Positions 1 to 9,738 of a DNA stretch of 64,000 nt are shown in pieces. The notes beneath the pieces are model-generated. The model ran no database searches. It was not told the DNA's origin and was given only the letters and a program-made list of their open reading frames with translations. Each line of letters begins with the position of its first letter. Position 1 is the stretch's first letter. Both the position numbers and the translations under genes were made by a program. The stretch covers positions 25,382-89,381 of the forward strand of contig CAYOQY010000001.1 of the NCBI GenBank assembly GCA_964406225.1, written 5' to 3'. The stretch is from an uncultured Microbacterium sp. (GTDB lineage: Bacteria; Actinomycetota; Actinomycetes; Actinomycetales; Microbacteriaceae).

Positions 1-475
1 GTCGAACTCGCTGCTCGAGGGCGCCGTGTTCGGTGCCCGTGCGGGCGACGCGATCGCCGAGGATGCGGCATCCGGCGCCTGGCCCTCCGCCGCCCCACCA
101 GCGCCTTCGTCATCTTCGTCCGCGCCGTCACCGTCCGCGGGGGTGCCCGCGCTGTCACAGCCGTTCTCGCGCGCCGCGCTCCAGCGCCTCCTGTGGGATG
201 ACGCGGGCCTCGTGCGGGACGGCGAAGGACTCCGGCATGCGGCGTCCGTCATCGCGGAATGGCGCCGTGATCACCGGTCGCCGGTGACGGAGTCCGAGTT
301 CGAGGACGAGAACCTCCTCCTCGTCGGCGAGCAGCTCGTGGCGGCGGCGCTGCGGCGCGAGCACTCCGTGGGGGCGCACTTCCGCTCCGACGAGCCTGCC
401 GCAACCGCGAGGGAGGACGCTCGTCAGGCCGGGGCTGCCGTCACGGCGGGCGCGACGACGGGCGGGGGTCTCTGA
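1..475 (+). CDS. nadB: L-aspartate oxidase, C-terminal part (5' truncated by window edge)
   Basis: Frame from nt 2 reads SNSLLEGAVFG; C-terminal R-EHSVGAHFRSD motif; stop overlaps nadC start. Confidence 0.9.
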   Translation, partial: SNSLLEGAVFGARAGDAIAEDAASGAWPSAAPPAPSSSSSAPSPSAGVPALSQPFSRAALQRLLWDDAGLVRDGEGLRHAASVIAEWRRDHRSPVTESEFEDENLLLVGEQLVAAALRREHSVGAHFRSDEPAATAREDARQAGAAVTAGATTGGGL

Positions 476-1347
476 TGCTGACACGCGCGACGATCGACCG
501 CGCCGTCGCCGCGGCGCTGGAGGAGGACGCGCCCTGGGGTGACCTGACGAGCGAGATGCTCATCCCGACATCCGCGATCGCGCGCGCCGAACTCGTGGCA
601 CGCGAGCCGGGGGTGTTCAGCGGCGGTGAGGTCTTCCGCGCCGCGTTCCGCCTCACCGACCCCGCGATCGAGGTCGAGCTGCATGTCGCCGACGGCGACG
701 CGTTCGAGGCGGGCGCGGTGCTCGGGTCGGTCGTGGGATCCGCACGCGGAGTGCTCACGGCCGAGCGGATCGGGCTCAATTTCGTGCAGCGGATGTCGGG
801 CATCTCGACCCTCACCGCCCGCTACGTCGCCGAAGTCGCCCTCACGGGCGCCCGGATCGCCGACACGCGCAAGACCACGCCGGGCCTGCGCGCGTTCGAG
901 CGCCACGCCGTCGTGAGCGGCGGAGGGCACAACCACCGCTTCTCGCTGTCGGATGCCGTCATGGCCAAGGACAACCACCTCGCCGTGCTCACCGCGAGCG
1001 GTCTCTCGGTGACCGCCGCCCTGCAGGGGGCGATCGCCCGGCTGCCGCACACGACGCACGTCGAGGTCGAGGTGGACCGACTGGATCAGATCGACGCGGT
1101 GCTCGCGGCCGGCGTCGGCACGATCATGCTCGACAACTTCTCGCTCGACGACCTGCGCCGCGGTGTCGAGCACATCGGCGGGAGGGCGATCGTGGAGGCC
1201 TCCGGGGGTGTCACGCTCGACACGGTCCGCGCGATCGCCGAGACGGGCGTGGACGTGATCTCGGTCGGCGCTCTGACCCATTCCGCGCGCGCGCTCGACC
1301 TGGGCCTGGACATCGACATCCTGGATCTCGACGTCCGAGTGCCCTGA
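475..1347 (+). CDS. nadC: Nicotinate-nucleotide diphosphorylase (quinolinate phosphoribosyltransferase)
   Basis: DTRKTTPG, HNHRFSLSDAVMAKDNH, EVEVD, MLDNF, EASGG, ISVGALTHSA motifs. Confidence 0.97.
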   Translation: MLTRATIDRAVAAALEEDAPWGDLTSEMLIPTSAIARAELVAREPGVFSGGEVFRAAFRLTDPAIEVELHVADGDAFEAGAVLGSVVGSARGVLTAERIGLNFVQRMSGISTLTARYVAEVALTGARIADTRKTTPGLRAFERHAVVSGGGHNHRFSLSDAVMAKDNHLAVLTASGLSVTAALQGAIARLPHTTHVEVEVDRLDQIDAVLAAGVGTIMLDNFSLDDLRRGVEHIGGRAIVEASGGVTLDTVRAIAETGVDVISVGALTHSARALDLGLDIDILDLDVRVP

Positions 1348-1370
1348 AGACCCTGTGCCCTTGGGAGACC

Positions 1371-2528
1371 GTGTCCATGCTCTACCTCGACAACGCGGCC
1401 ACCACGCCGGTGCGCCCCGAGGTGCTCGAGGCGATGACGCCGTTCCTCACACGGTGGTTCGGCAACCCCTCGAGCCACCACACGGTCGGCGAAGCGGCGG
1501 CCGGTGCGCTCGAAGACGCGCGAGCGCGAGCGGCGCGCGTCCTCGGGATGCGCGCGGGCGATGTGATCTTCACCTCCGGCGGCACGGAGGCGAACAACCT
1601 CGCCGTGAAGGGCATCGCGATCGCCGCGCACCTGAACCGCGGCGCGCGGAACGTCGTCACGTCGCCGATCGAGCACGAGTCGGTGCGGGAATCGGTGCGC
1701 TACCTCGCGCGTGTGCACGGCTTCGATGTCACCGAGCTGCCGGTCGACGGGTTCGGCAGGATCTCGCCGACGGATGCCGCCGCCGCCGTGCGCGCGGACA
1801 CCGCCGTCATCTCCCTCGGGTATGCGAACAACGAGGTGGGCACGGTCCAGGACGTCGTCGGGATCAGCGCGGCCGTCGCCGCGACCGGACTCCGCGTGCC
1901 CGTGCACATCGACGCCGTGCAGGCGGCGGGCTGGCTGCCGCTGGACGCGACGGTGCTCGGGGTGGATGCGATCTCGCTCGCCGGTCACAAGCTGGGCGCA
2001 CCGAAAGGCATCGGCATCCTCGCGATCCGCGGTCGGGTGCCGCTCGAGCCGCTCCTGCACGGGGGCGGTCAGCAGCGCGGGCGCCGCAGCGGCACGGAAG
2101 ACGTGGCCGGCGCGGTCGGTGTCACCGTCGCGCTCGAACTCGCCGAGCGGGAGCGCGCGGAGTCCGCGGCGCGCACCGCGCTCCTACGCGACCGGTTCAT
2201 CGCCCGGGTGCTCGCCGCCGTGCCGACCGCGCGACTCACGGGCGATCCCGTCCACCGCCTGCCCGGGACGGCGAGCTTCACGTTCGCGGGGACGAGCGGC
2301 GAAGCCGTGCTCCTCGAGCTCGAGCGCCGCGGCATCGTCTCTTCGAGCGGATCGGCCTGCGCCGCCGGCAGCGACGAGCCGTCGCATGTCTTGCTCGCGA
2401 TGGGGGTCTCACCCGAGGAGGCCCAGACCGCCGTCCGCTTCACCTTCCCGCACACGCTTCGCGAGCCGCTGGATGCCGTCGCCGACGCCGTCGCGGCATC
2501 CGTCTCCGCCGTACAATCGGCCGGGTGA
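1371..2528 (+). CDS. Cysteine desulfurase (IscS/NifS type)
   Basis: YLDNAATTP, GNPSS, FTSGGTEANN, HKLGAPKG (PLP Lys), SSGSAC; typical nad-operon member. Confidence 0.95.
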   Translation: MSMLYLDNAATTPVRPEVLEAMTPFLTRWFGNPSSHHTVGEAAAGALEDARARAARVLGMRAGDVIFTSGGTEANNLAVKGIAIAAHLNRGARNVVTSPIEHESVRESVRYLARVHGFDVTELPVDGFGRISPTDAAAAVRADTAVISLGYANNEVGTVQDVVGISAAVAATGLRVPVHIDAVQAAGWLPLDATVLGVDAISLAGHKLGAPKGIGILAIRGRVPLEPLLHGGGQQRGRRSGTEDVAGAVGVTVALELAERERAESAARTALLRDRFIARVLAAVPTARLTGDPVHRLPGTASFTFAGTSGEAVLLELERRGIVSSSGSACAAGSDEPSHVLLAMGVSPEEAQTAVRFTFPHTLREPLDAVADAVAASVSAVQSAG

Positions 2529-3499
2529 CCCCCTCCGCCCGAGCCTCAGCCGTCACGGTGATCGTGCCCGGGTTCGACGTCGCCGCCTACGTGCCGGAGG
2601 CGCTGGAGTCTCTGCGGCGGCAGACCCTGCAGGAGTGGACCGCGGTCCTCGTGGACGATGCGTCGGGCGACGAGACCGGCGCCCTCTTCGACGCCGCCGC
2701 GTCGCGGGACGGCAGGTTCCGTGTCGTTCACCAGCGGGAACGCGCCGGCCTGGGTGCGGCGCGCAACGTCGGTCTGGCCCAGGTCGACACGCCGTTCCTC
2801 GGCTTCCTCGACGCGGACGACGTGCTCGTGCCCGACGCGCTGGAGCGCCTCGTCGGCGTGCTCGACGACACGGGCAGCGACTTCGTCGTGGGCGCGTACG
2901 TGCGGCTCAGACCCGACGACACCGGCGGCTACACCGCCGGCGAGGTGCAGCCGTGGGTCGCCGCCTCGACGGCCCCGGAGCGCCGCCGCACCACGATCGA
3001 CGAGCATCCCGAAGCGTCGGGCAACATCGTCGCGTGGTCGAAGGTGAGTCGCACCGAGTTCTGGCATCGGGCGGACCTGCGCTTCCCCGAGGGACGGCTC
3101 TACGAGGACCAGCTCGTCGCCCAGCAGATGTATGCGCGGGCGCGGACGTTCGACACCGTTCCGGACGTCGTCGCCCACTGGCGGGTGCGCGCGGACGGCT
3201 CCTCCATCACGCAGCGCGAGGCGCAGCTCGACGTGCTACGCGATTGCCTCGAGGCGATGAGCGCCGGGCTGCACGTGCTCGAATCGGGCGGGCATCCGGC
3301 CGCCGCACAGGCGCGCATCGGCCAGATGCTGCGCATGGACATCCCGAGACTCGCGGACATCGCACGCCGACACCCGGATGCCGCCTACCGGCGCACCCTC
3401 GGGACGTTCGCGCGCGAGATCTGGGACCACGCGGGATCGGCCCGTGCGGGACTGGACGACGCTTCGGCCGATGCCGTCGCCGCCGCACGCCTCTGGTGA
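2525..3499 (+). CDS. Glycosyltransferase family 2
   Basis: GTG overlapping upstream TGA; VIVP, VDDASGD, GLGAARN, FLDADD, YED motifs. Confidence 0.88.
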   Translation: MTPSARASAVTVIVPGFDVAAYVPEALESLRRQTLQEWTAVLVDDASGDETGALFDAAASRDGRFRVVHQRERAGLGAARNVGLAQVDTPFLGFLDADDVLVPDALERLVGVLDDTGSDFVVGAYVRLRPDDTGGYTAGEVQPWVAASTAPERRRTTIDEHPEASGNIVAWSKVSRTEFWHRADLRFPEGRLYEDQLVAQQMYARARTFDTVPDVVAHWRVRADGSSITQREAQLDVLRDCLEAMSAGLHVLESGGHPAAAQARIGQMLRMDIPRLADIARRHPDAAYRRTLGTFAREIWDHAGSARAGLDDASADAVAAARLW

Positions 3500-3523
3500 C
3501 GGTTCACTTCCGCGTACCGCGTC

Positions 3524-5596
3524 TCAGACGTCGCTGATGCTAGGCCACGCCCGCTCGTCCGGCGGGAGTTCAGCGGCTGACGGCGGTTGCGGCGGGGCGA
3601 GCGACAGGGAGCCGGTCAGCACGACGACCGGATCGTCGATCGGCAGCGGCGCCGGGTCGTCGGGCGCCCGGTCGGCGCGGCGCGAGGGCAGCACCCCCGC
3701 AGGTTCGGTGGCCTCGACCTCGAGGATGCGCGACGCGGCGAGCTGCTGCGCAGCCAGTTCGGCATACAGGCCACCCTCCGCCAGCAGGGACGCGTGCGTG
3801 CCCGACTCGACGATGCGGCCGGCATCCACGACGTGGATCACGTCGGCGCCGATCACGGTCGACAGACGGTGCGCGATCGACAGCGTGGTGCGCCCGCGCG
3901 CGGCGGCGTCGAGCGCCTCCTGGACGACGCGCTCGGAGACCGTGTCGAGGGCCGAGGTCGCCTCGTCCAGCAGAAGCACCGGCGGATCCTTCAGCAGCAC
4001 GCGCGCGATCGCGATGCGCTGCTTCTCGCCACCGGAGAGCCGGTAGCCGCGTTCGCCGACGATCGTGTCGTAGCCGTGCTCGAACCCCGTGATGATGTGG
4101 TGGATGTTCGCGGCGCGGCACGCGTCTTCGAGCTCCTCCTGCGACGCGTCGGGCTTGGCATAGAGCAGGTTCTCGCGGATCGTCGCGTGGAACAGATACG
4201 TCTCCTGCGACACGATCCCCACGTGGTCGATGATCGACTCCTGCGTCAGGCGCCGCACATCCGCGCCCGCGAAGATCACCGCGCCGTCCGACACCTCGTA
4301 CATGCGCGGTGTCAGGTAGAGGATCGTGGTCTTGCCCGCACCCGAAGGCCCCACGAAGGCGACATGCTGGCCGGGTTCGGCCGAGAAGGACACCCCCTGC
4401 AGCGTGGGGCGCGCGGCGTCGGCGGCATCCGGATAGCGGAAGACCACGTCGCGGAACTCGATCCGCCCGATCGGACCGGGCGCGTCCGCGACGGCGATCG
4501 CGTCGGGGGCGTCCGTGATCGCGGGCACCAGGTCGAGGTACTCGAAGATGCGGGCGAAGAGCGCGGCGGAGGTCTGCACGTCGAGGGCGACGCGCATGAG
4601 CCCCATGAGCGGCATGAGCAGCCGTGCCTGCACGGTCGTGAACGCCACGATCGTCCCGGCGGTGATCACGTCGGTCCCGCCCGTGATCAGGTACCCCGAC
4701 ACGAGGTAGATCACGGCGGGGACGCTCGCCATGAGCACTTGGACGACGGCGAAGAAGCCCTGTCCGCTCATGGCCCGTCGCACCTGCAGGCGCACCTGGT
4801 TCACGTTCTCGGCGCCGTAGCGGGCCGACTCGGTCCGCTGGCGGTTGAAGGACTTCGACAGCAGGATGCCCGACACGCTCAGGGTCTCCTGCGTGATCGC
4901 CGTGAGCTCGGAGAGCGATTCCTGCGTCTCGCCGGCGATGCGCGCCCGCACCTGCCCCACACGCCGCTGGACGAACACGAGGAACGGCATCATGACGACC
5001 GCGATGAGCGTGAGGCGCCAGTCGATGATGATCATCGCCACGAGCGAGGCGATCACGGTCACGACGTTGCCCAGGATGCTCGTGACGGTGTTCGTCAGCA
5101 CACCCGAGACCCCGCCGACGTCGTTCTGCAGACGCGACTGGATGACGCCGGTCTTCGTGCGGGTGAAGAACTCGAGCTCCATCGCCTGCAGGTGCTCGAA
5201 GAGCTTGACGCGCAGATCACCGGTCACCCGGTTGCCGACCGTCGAGGTGATCCAGGTCTGCAGGACGCCGAGGACGGCCGACAGCACGAACAGCCCGATC
5301 ATGATGAGCACGAGCCGCAGAAGCAGCGGGAGGTCGGGCGGTCCGCCGTCGACGGGGAAGAGCGCCTCGTCGAAGATCTGCTGCACGATGAGGGCGGGCA
5401 CGACGGCGATCGCGGCGCCCGCGATCACGAGGACCGCCGTGAGGAAGATGCGGAAGCGATAGGGGCGGAAGAGCGCGATCACGCCCCGGCCCAGGTGCGG
5501 GATGCGCGGCGCCTGGGCGTTCAGCTTCTTCTGGGCCTCGATGTCGACCGGGCGGAATCCTCCCCCGACTCCCCCGCCGCGCCCGCCCATGCTCAC
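3524..5596 (-). CDS. ABC exporter, fused permease/ATPase
   Basis: N-terminal TM segments; GPSGAGKT, LSGGEKQR, LLLDEATSALD, IAHRLST; TAGGCT 7 nt before GTG (leaderless). Confidence 0.95.
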   Translation of the reverse strand: MSMGGRGGGVGGGFRPVDIEAQKKLNAQAPRIPHLGRGVIALFRPYRFRIFLTAVLVIAGAAIAVVPALIVQQIFDEALFPVDGGPPDLPLLLRLVLIMIGLFVLSAVLGVLQTWITSTVGNRVTGDLRVKLFEHLQAMELEFFTRTKTGVIQSRLQNDVGGVSGVLTNTVTSILGNVVTVIASLVAMIIIDWRLTLIAVVMMPFLVFVQRRVGQVRARIAGETQESLSELTAITQETLSVSGILLSKSFNRQRTESARYGAENVNQVRLQVRRAMSGQGFFAVVQVLMASVPAVIYLVSGYLITGGTDVITAGTIVAFTTVQARLLMPLMGLMRVALDVQTSAALFARIFEYLDLVPAITDAPDAIAVADAPGPIGRIEFRDVVFRYPDAADAARPTLQGVSFSAEPGQHVAFVGPSGAGKTTILYLTPRMYEVSDGAVIFAGADVRRLTQESIIDHVGIVSQETYLFHATIRENLLYAKPDASQEELEDACRAANIHHIITGFEHGYDTIVGERGYRLSGGEKQRIAIARVLLKDPPVLLLDEATSALDTVSERVVQEALDAAARGRTTLSIAHRLSTVIGADVIHVVDAGRIVESGTHASLLAEGGLYAELAAQQLAASRILEVEATEPAGVLPSRRADRAPDDPAPLPIDDPVVVLTGSLSLAPPQPPSAAELPPDERAWPSISDV

Positions 5597-5638
5597 GCCC
5601 GCAAGCCTACTGACGGCCCCGGACGCGAGGGCCGGCGG

Positions 5639-6280
5639 TCAGCCGAGGTCGATCGCCAGGTTGACGACCGTGCCGATGATGACCGCACCGAACAGATAGG
5701 CCAGCAGCGATTGCGCGATCACCATGCGGCGGATCTCGTTCGTGCGCACCGCGCTGTCGCCGACCTGGTAGCCCATTCCGACGCCGAGCGAGAAGTAGGC
5801 GAAGTCGGTGTACGACGGGTCGTCTTCCTGATTGAAGTCGATGCCGCCGATCGGGTCGCGATAGTAGATGTGCGCGACACGCAGCATGTAGTCGGCCTGG
5901 ATGAGCGTCCAGGATGCCGCGACGCTCACGACCGCGATCGCCGCGAGCACGTACGACTCGAGTTCGGACGTGTCCTGCGTCTGGATGAGCACCACCGTCA
6001 CGGCGCCGAGGCTCGCCACACTGCCGATGAGCGCGACGAGCCGCGCCGCCGACCTGCCCGGGTCCTCCGCGGTGGCATGGGCGCGCGTCCGGGCGGCATC
6101 CATCGGCCAGATGAGTACCGCCACCCACGTGACGCTCGTGACGGCGAAGCCCGACCACCCGGCCAGGAGTGCCGCCGCCAATCCGAGGAACGGGGCGACC
6201 AGCGTTCCGGCGACCACGCCGACACCCGCGGCGATGAGCGCACGGACGAGGACGGCGACGCGGGCGGGAGTCGTGGTCAT
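5639..6280 (-). CDS. DUF1345 family membrane protein
   Basis: GGIDF..DPSYTDFAYFSLGVGMGYQVGD motif; hydrophobic helices. Confidence 0.85.
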   Translation of the reverse strand: MTTTPARVAVLVRALIAAGVGVVAGTLVAPFLGLAAALLAGWSGFAVTSVTWVAVLIWPMDAARTRAHATAEDPGRSAARLVALIGSVASLGAVTVVLIQTQDTSELESYVLAAIAVVSVAASWTLIQADYMLRVAHIYYRDPIGGIDFNQEDDPSYTDFAYFSLGVGMGYQVGDSAVRTNEIRRMVIAQSLLAYLFGAVIIGTVVNLAIDLG

Positions 6281-6341
6281 GAGCGAATGTTTCCACGAGA
6301 TGCGGGAATGCCGTGTCCGACGGGGCCGTTATCGTTGGAGC

Positions 6342-6359
6342 TTGCTGCTTTTCGTGTGA
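6342..6359 (+). promoter_or_regulatory. Putative leaderless leader-peptide uORF (TTG CTG CTT TTC GTG TGA, fM-LLFV) upstream of the MFS pump
   Basis: TATCGT at 6330-6335, 6 nt before TTG; overlapping hairpins between uORF and pump RBS GAGGAG. Confidence 0.45.
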
Positions 6360-6409
6360 CCCGCCTACGGGACGGTGCTCGTCCACGCCGACCCCCGAGG
6401 AGACGCCCC

Positions 6410-7933
6410 ATGGCCGCCACCGACATGACCCCGCGCACCGATAGCGTGCCGCTCCCGTCCTCACCGTCGCCCGTCCCCGCGCTCAGCCGCTCCGACAGCC
6501 GTGTCATCTGGCTGCTGCTCGGGGCCGCGTTCGTCGCGATCCTCAACGAGACGACGATGGGTGTGGCGATCCCCCATCTGATCGACGACCTGAGCATCAC
6601 CGCGGTGGCCGCACAGTGGCTCACGACGGCGTTCATGCTCACGATGGCCGTGGTGATCCCGATCTCCGGCTTCCTTCTGCAGCGGTTCACCACACGCGCG
6701 ATGTTCATCACGGCGATGAGCCTCTTCTCGCTCGGGACGCTGATCGCGTTCCTCTCCCCCGGCTTCCCTCTGCTGGTCGTCGCGCGCGTCGTGCAGGCCT
6801 CGGGCACCGCGATCATGATGCCCCTCCTGATGACCACGATCATGAACACGGTGCCTCCGCAGATCCGCGGGCGCATGATGGGCCGCGTCAGCGTCGTCAT
6901 CTCTCTGGCACCCGCGATCGGCCCGAGCCTGTCGGGCCTTCTGCTCGACACGGTCGGCTGGCGCTGGATCTTCGGCATCATCCTCCCGCTCGCCCTCGTC
7001 GCCCTCGGCGTCGGAGCGCGATGGATCCACAACCTCGGCGAGCCCACCGACGCGCCGATCGACGTCCTGTCGGTCATCCTTTCGGCCTTCGGCTTCGGCG
7101 GACTCGTCTTCGGTCTCAGCCAGATCGGCGGCGCCTCGCACGGCGGCGGGTCCGACGCCGCCGCAGCGGAGGCCATGTCGACCGCGACTCTCGTGGCCTC
7201 GTTCGTGGTCGGCGGTGTCGCGCTCGGCCTGTTCATCTGGCGCCAGCTGCGGCTGCAGCGCGCCGACCGTGCCCTGCTCGATCTCCGCGTGTTCCGCTCG
7301 CTCAACTTCAGCCTCGCCATCACGCAGATGGCGGTCATGTCACTCGCGTTCTTCGGCGCGATCACGATCATCCCGCTGTACATGCAGAACGTGCTCGACG
7401 TCTCGGCGCTCGTGACCGGTCTCGTCGTGCTCCCGGGTGCCCTGGTCATGGGCCTCGCGGGTCCCGTGATCGGTCGTGTCTACGACCGGTTCGGCACGCG
7501 CATCCTGCTCGTGCCGGGCGCGCTCGTCGTGAGCGCCCTGCTCTGGACTTTCACGACCTTCGACCAGAACACCCCCATCTGGGTCGTCGCGATCGCGCAG
7601 ACCGTTCTCTCACTCGGTCTGGCACTCTCCTTCACCCCCCTCTTCACCGCGTCGCTGGCTTCGCTGCAGCCGCGCTTCTACTCGTACGGCTCGGCGATCG
7701 TCGGAACGGTGCAACAGGTGGCGGGCGCCGCCGGAATCGCGCTCATGGTGACGGTCTTCGCGTCGGTCGGCGCCTCCGCGGCGAGTGCGGGGCTCGACGA
7801 GTTCGCCGCCGGCGCCGAAGGAACACAGGCCGCATTCACCATTGCCGCGATCCTGTCGCTGCCGCTGATCGTGGGCGCGTTCTTCATCCGCAAGCCCGCC
7901 GACCAGCAGGGACTCCCACCCGTCGCGGACTGA
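6410..7933 (+). CDS. DHA2 (EmrB/QacA, LmrB-like) MFS efflux transporter
   Basis: FVAILNETTM, QWLTTAFML, ARVVQASG, APAIGP; about 14 TM segments; GAGGAG RBS before ATG 6410. Confidence 0.92.
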   Translation: MAATDMTPRTDSVPLPSSPSPVPALSRSDSRVIWLLLGAAFVAILNETTMGVAIPHLIDDLSITAVAAQWLTTAFMLTMAVVIPISGFLLQRFTTRAMFITAMSLFSLGTLIAFLSPGFPLLVVARVVQASGTAIMMPLLMTTIMNTVPPQIRGRMMGRVSVVISLAPAIGPSLSGLLLDTVGWRWIFGIILPLALVALGVGARWIHNLGEPTDAPIDVLSVILSAFGFGGLVFGLSQIGGASHGGGSDAAAAEAMSTATLVASFVVGGVALGLFIWRQLRLQRADRALLDLRVFRSLNFSLAITQMAVMSLAFFGAITIIPLYMQNVLDVSALVTGLVVLPGALVMGLAGPVIGRVYDRFGTRILLVPGALVVSALLWTFTTFDQNTPIWVVAIAQTVLSLGLALSFTPLFTASLASLQPRFYSYGSAIVGTVQQVAGAAGIALMVTVFASVGASAASAGLDEFAAGAEGTQAAFTIAAILSLPLIVGAFFIRKPADQQGLPPVAD

Positions 7934-7964
7934 CGTATCAGGCTCTTGGGACTTGAGTGTGGTC

Positions 7965-8708
7965 TTCGGCCCTGCGTTAAGCGAGTTCCTCGGAACCAGC
8001 CACAACCTGTCGCCGGCGAGCATCACCCGGCTGACCAAGGACTGGCAAGACGAGGGGGCCGCGTTCAACAAGCGGTCCCTGGCCGAGACCGACTACGTGT
8101 ACGCGCGGGTCGACGGCATCCACCTCAAGGTTCGCCTCGAGCAGGACGCGGTGTGCCTGCTGGTGATGATCGGCGTGCGTGCCGACGGCACCAAGGAGCT
8201 GATCGCCCTCGAGGACGGGCACCGCGAGTCCACGCAGTCCTGGGCCGACCTGCTCCGTTCGGCCAAGCGCCGCGGGATGCGCGCGCCGGTGCTCGCGGTC
8301 GGTGACGGGGCGCTCGGGTTCTGGGCAGCGCTGCGCACCGTGTTCCCCGAGACCCGGGAGCTGCGGTGCTGGTTCCACAAGATCGATAACGTCCTCAACG
8401 CGTTGCCGAAATCGGCTCAGCCGGGCGCGAAGACGGCGCTGGCGGAGATCTGGAACGCCGAGGACAAGGACCACGCCAAGAAAGCTGCGAAGGCGTTCGC
8501 CGCCGACTACGGCGCGAAGTGGCCCAAGGCGGTCGCGAAGATCACCGACGACCTCGAGGTACTCCTGGCCTTCTACGACTACCCGGCCGAGCACTGGGTC
8601 CACCTGCGCGCGACGAACCCGATCGAGTCCACCTTCGCCACCGTTCGGCTGCGGCAGCGGATCACCAAGGGACCCGGCTCCCGCGCCGCGGGGATCGCGA
8701 TGGCGTTG
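7965..8708 (+). pseudogene. IS256-family transposase internal fragment (truncated at both ends)
   Basis: YVYARVDGIHLKVR, IGVRADGTKEL, VGDGALGFW, RCWFHK, HLRATNPIESTF, TKGPGSRAAGIAMA; N-terminus and C-terminal tail absent. Confidence 0.9.
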
Positions 8709-9228
8709 CTGCCGTTCGGGTTGTCCAGGTCGGTCTGAGTCGCGCCCGAGCAGTAGACCGCCGTGAAGCCACCGAAGAAGTCTAAGTCGGGCGAGGCGTA
8801 GGTCTGCTCGGCGTTTGAGGAGGTCGAGCGCCGGCACCGGTTGTGCGAGTCATCGCCCCAGTTGCGCGGGTCCCAGTCGTCACGGTTGTCGTAGTTCGTG
8901 CCATGGTGGTAGTCCCCCGCGCCCTCTCCCGAGGCGAGACTGTGACCGAGGGCCACGTAGTCACCGCTCAGCGCCTTCTCGAGCGCCGTCTGCACGCTCG
9001 CGGCGGTGTCCTCACACCCTTCGCCGAGGAAGATCCGGCACACGGCGTTCGCCGTGTGCGTGGCCAGGTCACCCTGGACGATGGCGAACAGCACCGCGGC
9101 GACGACGAGCGCAGCAGCCGCGATGATCCCGCCGTACTCGAGCCCGGCGGTACCCCGCTCCGTGGTGTGCCCCCTCTTGGCACACCACGGCCGCGCACTG
9201 CCGCATCGCGGGGCCGCTCACCAGGCAT
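8706..9228 (-). pseudogene. Flp/TadE pilin-like N-terminus fused to SGNH/GDSL hydrolase, frameshifted and 3' truncated
   Basis: ERG|TAGLEYGGIIAAAALVVAAVLFAIV (begins at 9160); YVALGHSLASGEG (block I-like), CRRS, CSGAT; no in-frame start codon; joined to IS256 remnant. Confidence 0.65.
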
Positions 9229-9237
9229 GTCCCGACG

Positions 9238-9535
9238 CTAGGGATCGCCGGTGTCCAGGACCTTGCCGAGGACGACCCCGACCCACGCGAGCACCGTTGC
9301 GGACAGGGCCGCCCACGGAGTCAGTCGCCGGAGCCGCTCGATGACGAGCATCACGGCCGCTGCCGCGCCGAGCAGGAGCGAGTAGCGACCGACGAGGTAC
9401 TCGGCGCTGGCGTCGTCGGTGGCCAGGAAGTACACGTCGAGCCACACGATCGGCAGCGCGACGAGCGCGAGCACCAACCCCCCACGTGACGAGCCCGGCC
9501 CGCGGATGCGGCGACGGGTGCTCCTGCGCGGTCAT
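9238..9535 (-). pseudogene. Small 3-TM membrane protein with +1 frameshift in G6 run
   Basis: TAGAAT 7 nt before ATG 9535 (MTAQEHP); removing one base of the run at 9478-9483 joins it to LVLALVALPIVW...DP*, giving 98 aa. Confidence 0.55.
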
Positions 9536-9738
9536 GAGCCGGATTCTATGGCGGAGGGTCACTCCCTGGCCCGGCGGACGAATCTGCGATCAGGGGCTGT
9601 GGGAATGCCTCCGGCCTCTCACAACCCCTCTGCACCGGACCTGAGGTTCGACGGCCACGTGGCTTAGGCTGGACGGGACGATCATCCAGGCCCGGCCGCC
9701 GAGAGTGCTGCCGCAGTCACCCGGGGAGGAACCACACC

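Noticed and set aside
1355-3499. 714-aa ORF as a fusion protein
   Set aside because: The N-terminal half is an alternative frame of the desulfurase; the real GT2 starts at 2525.
3587-7933. 1448-aa ORF
   Set aside because: Only 6410-7933 is the MFS gene; the rest is the stop-free antisense shadow of the ABC exporter and DUF1345 genes, common at high GC.
7953-8738. IS256 ORF as the element's own transposase
   Set aside because: Truncated at both ends with no IS256 termini; the ends look ISL3-like, although IS256 also makes 8-9 bp duplications.
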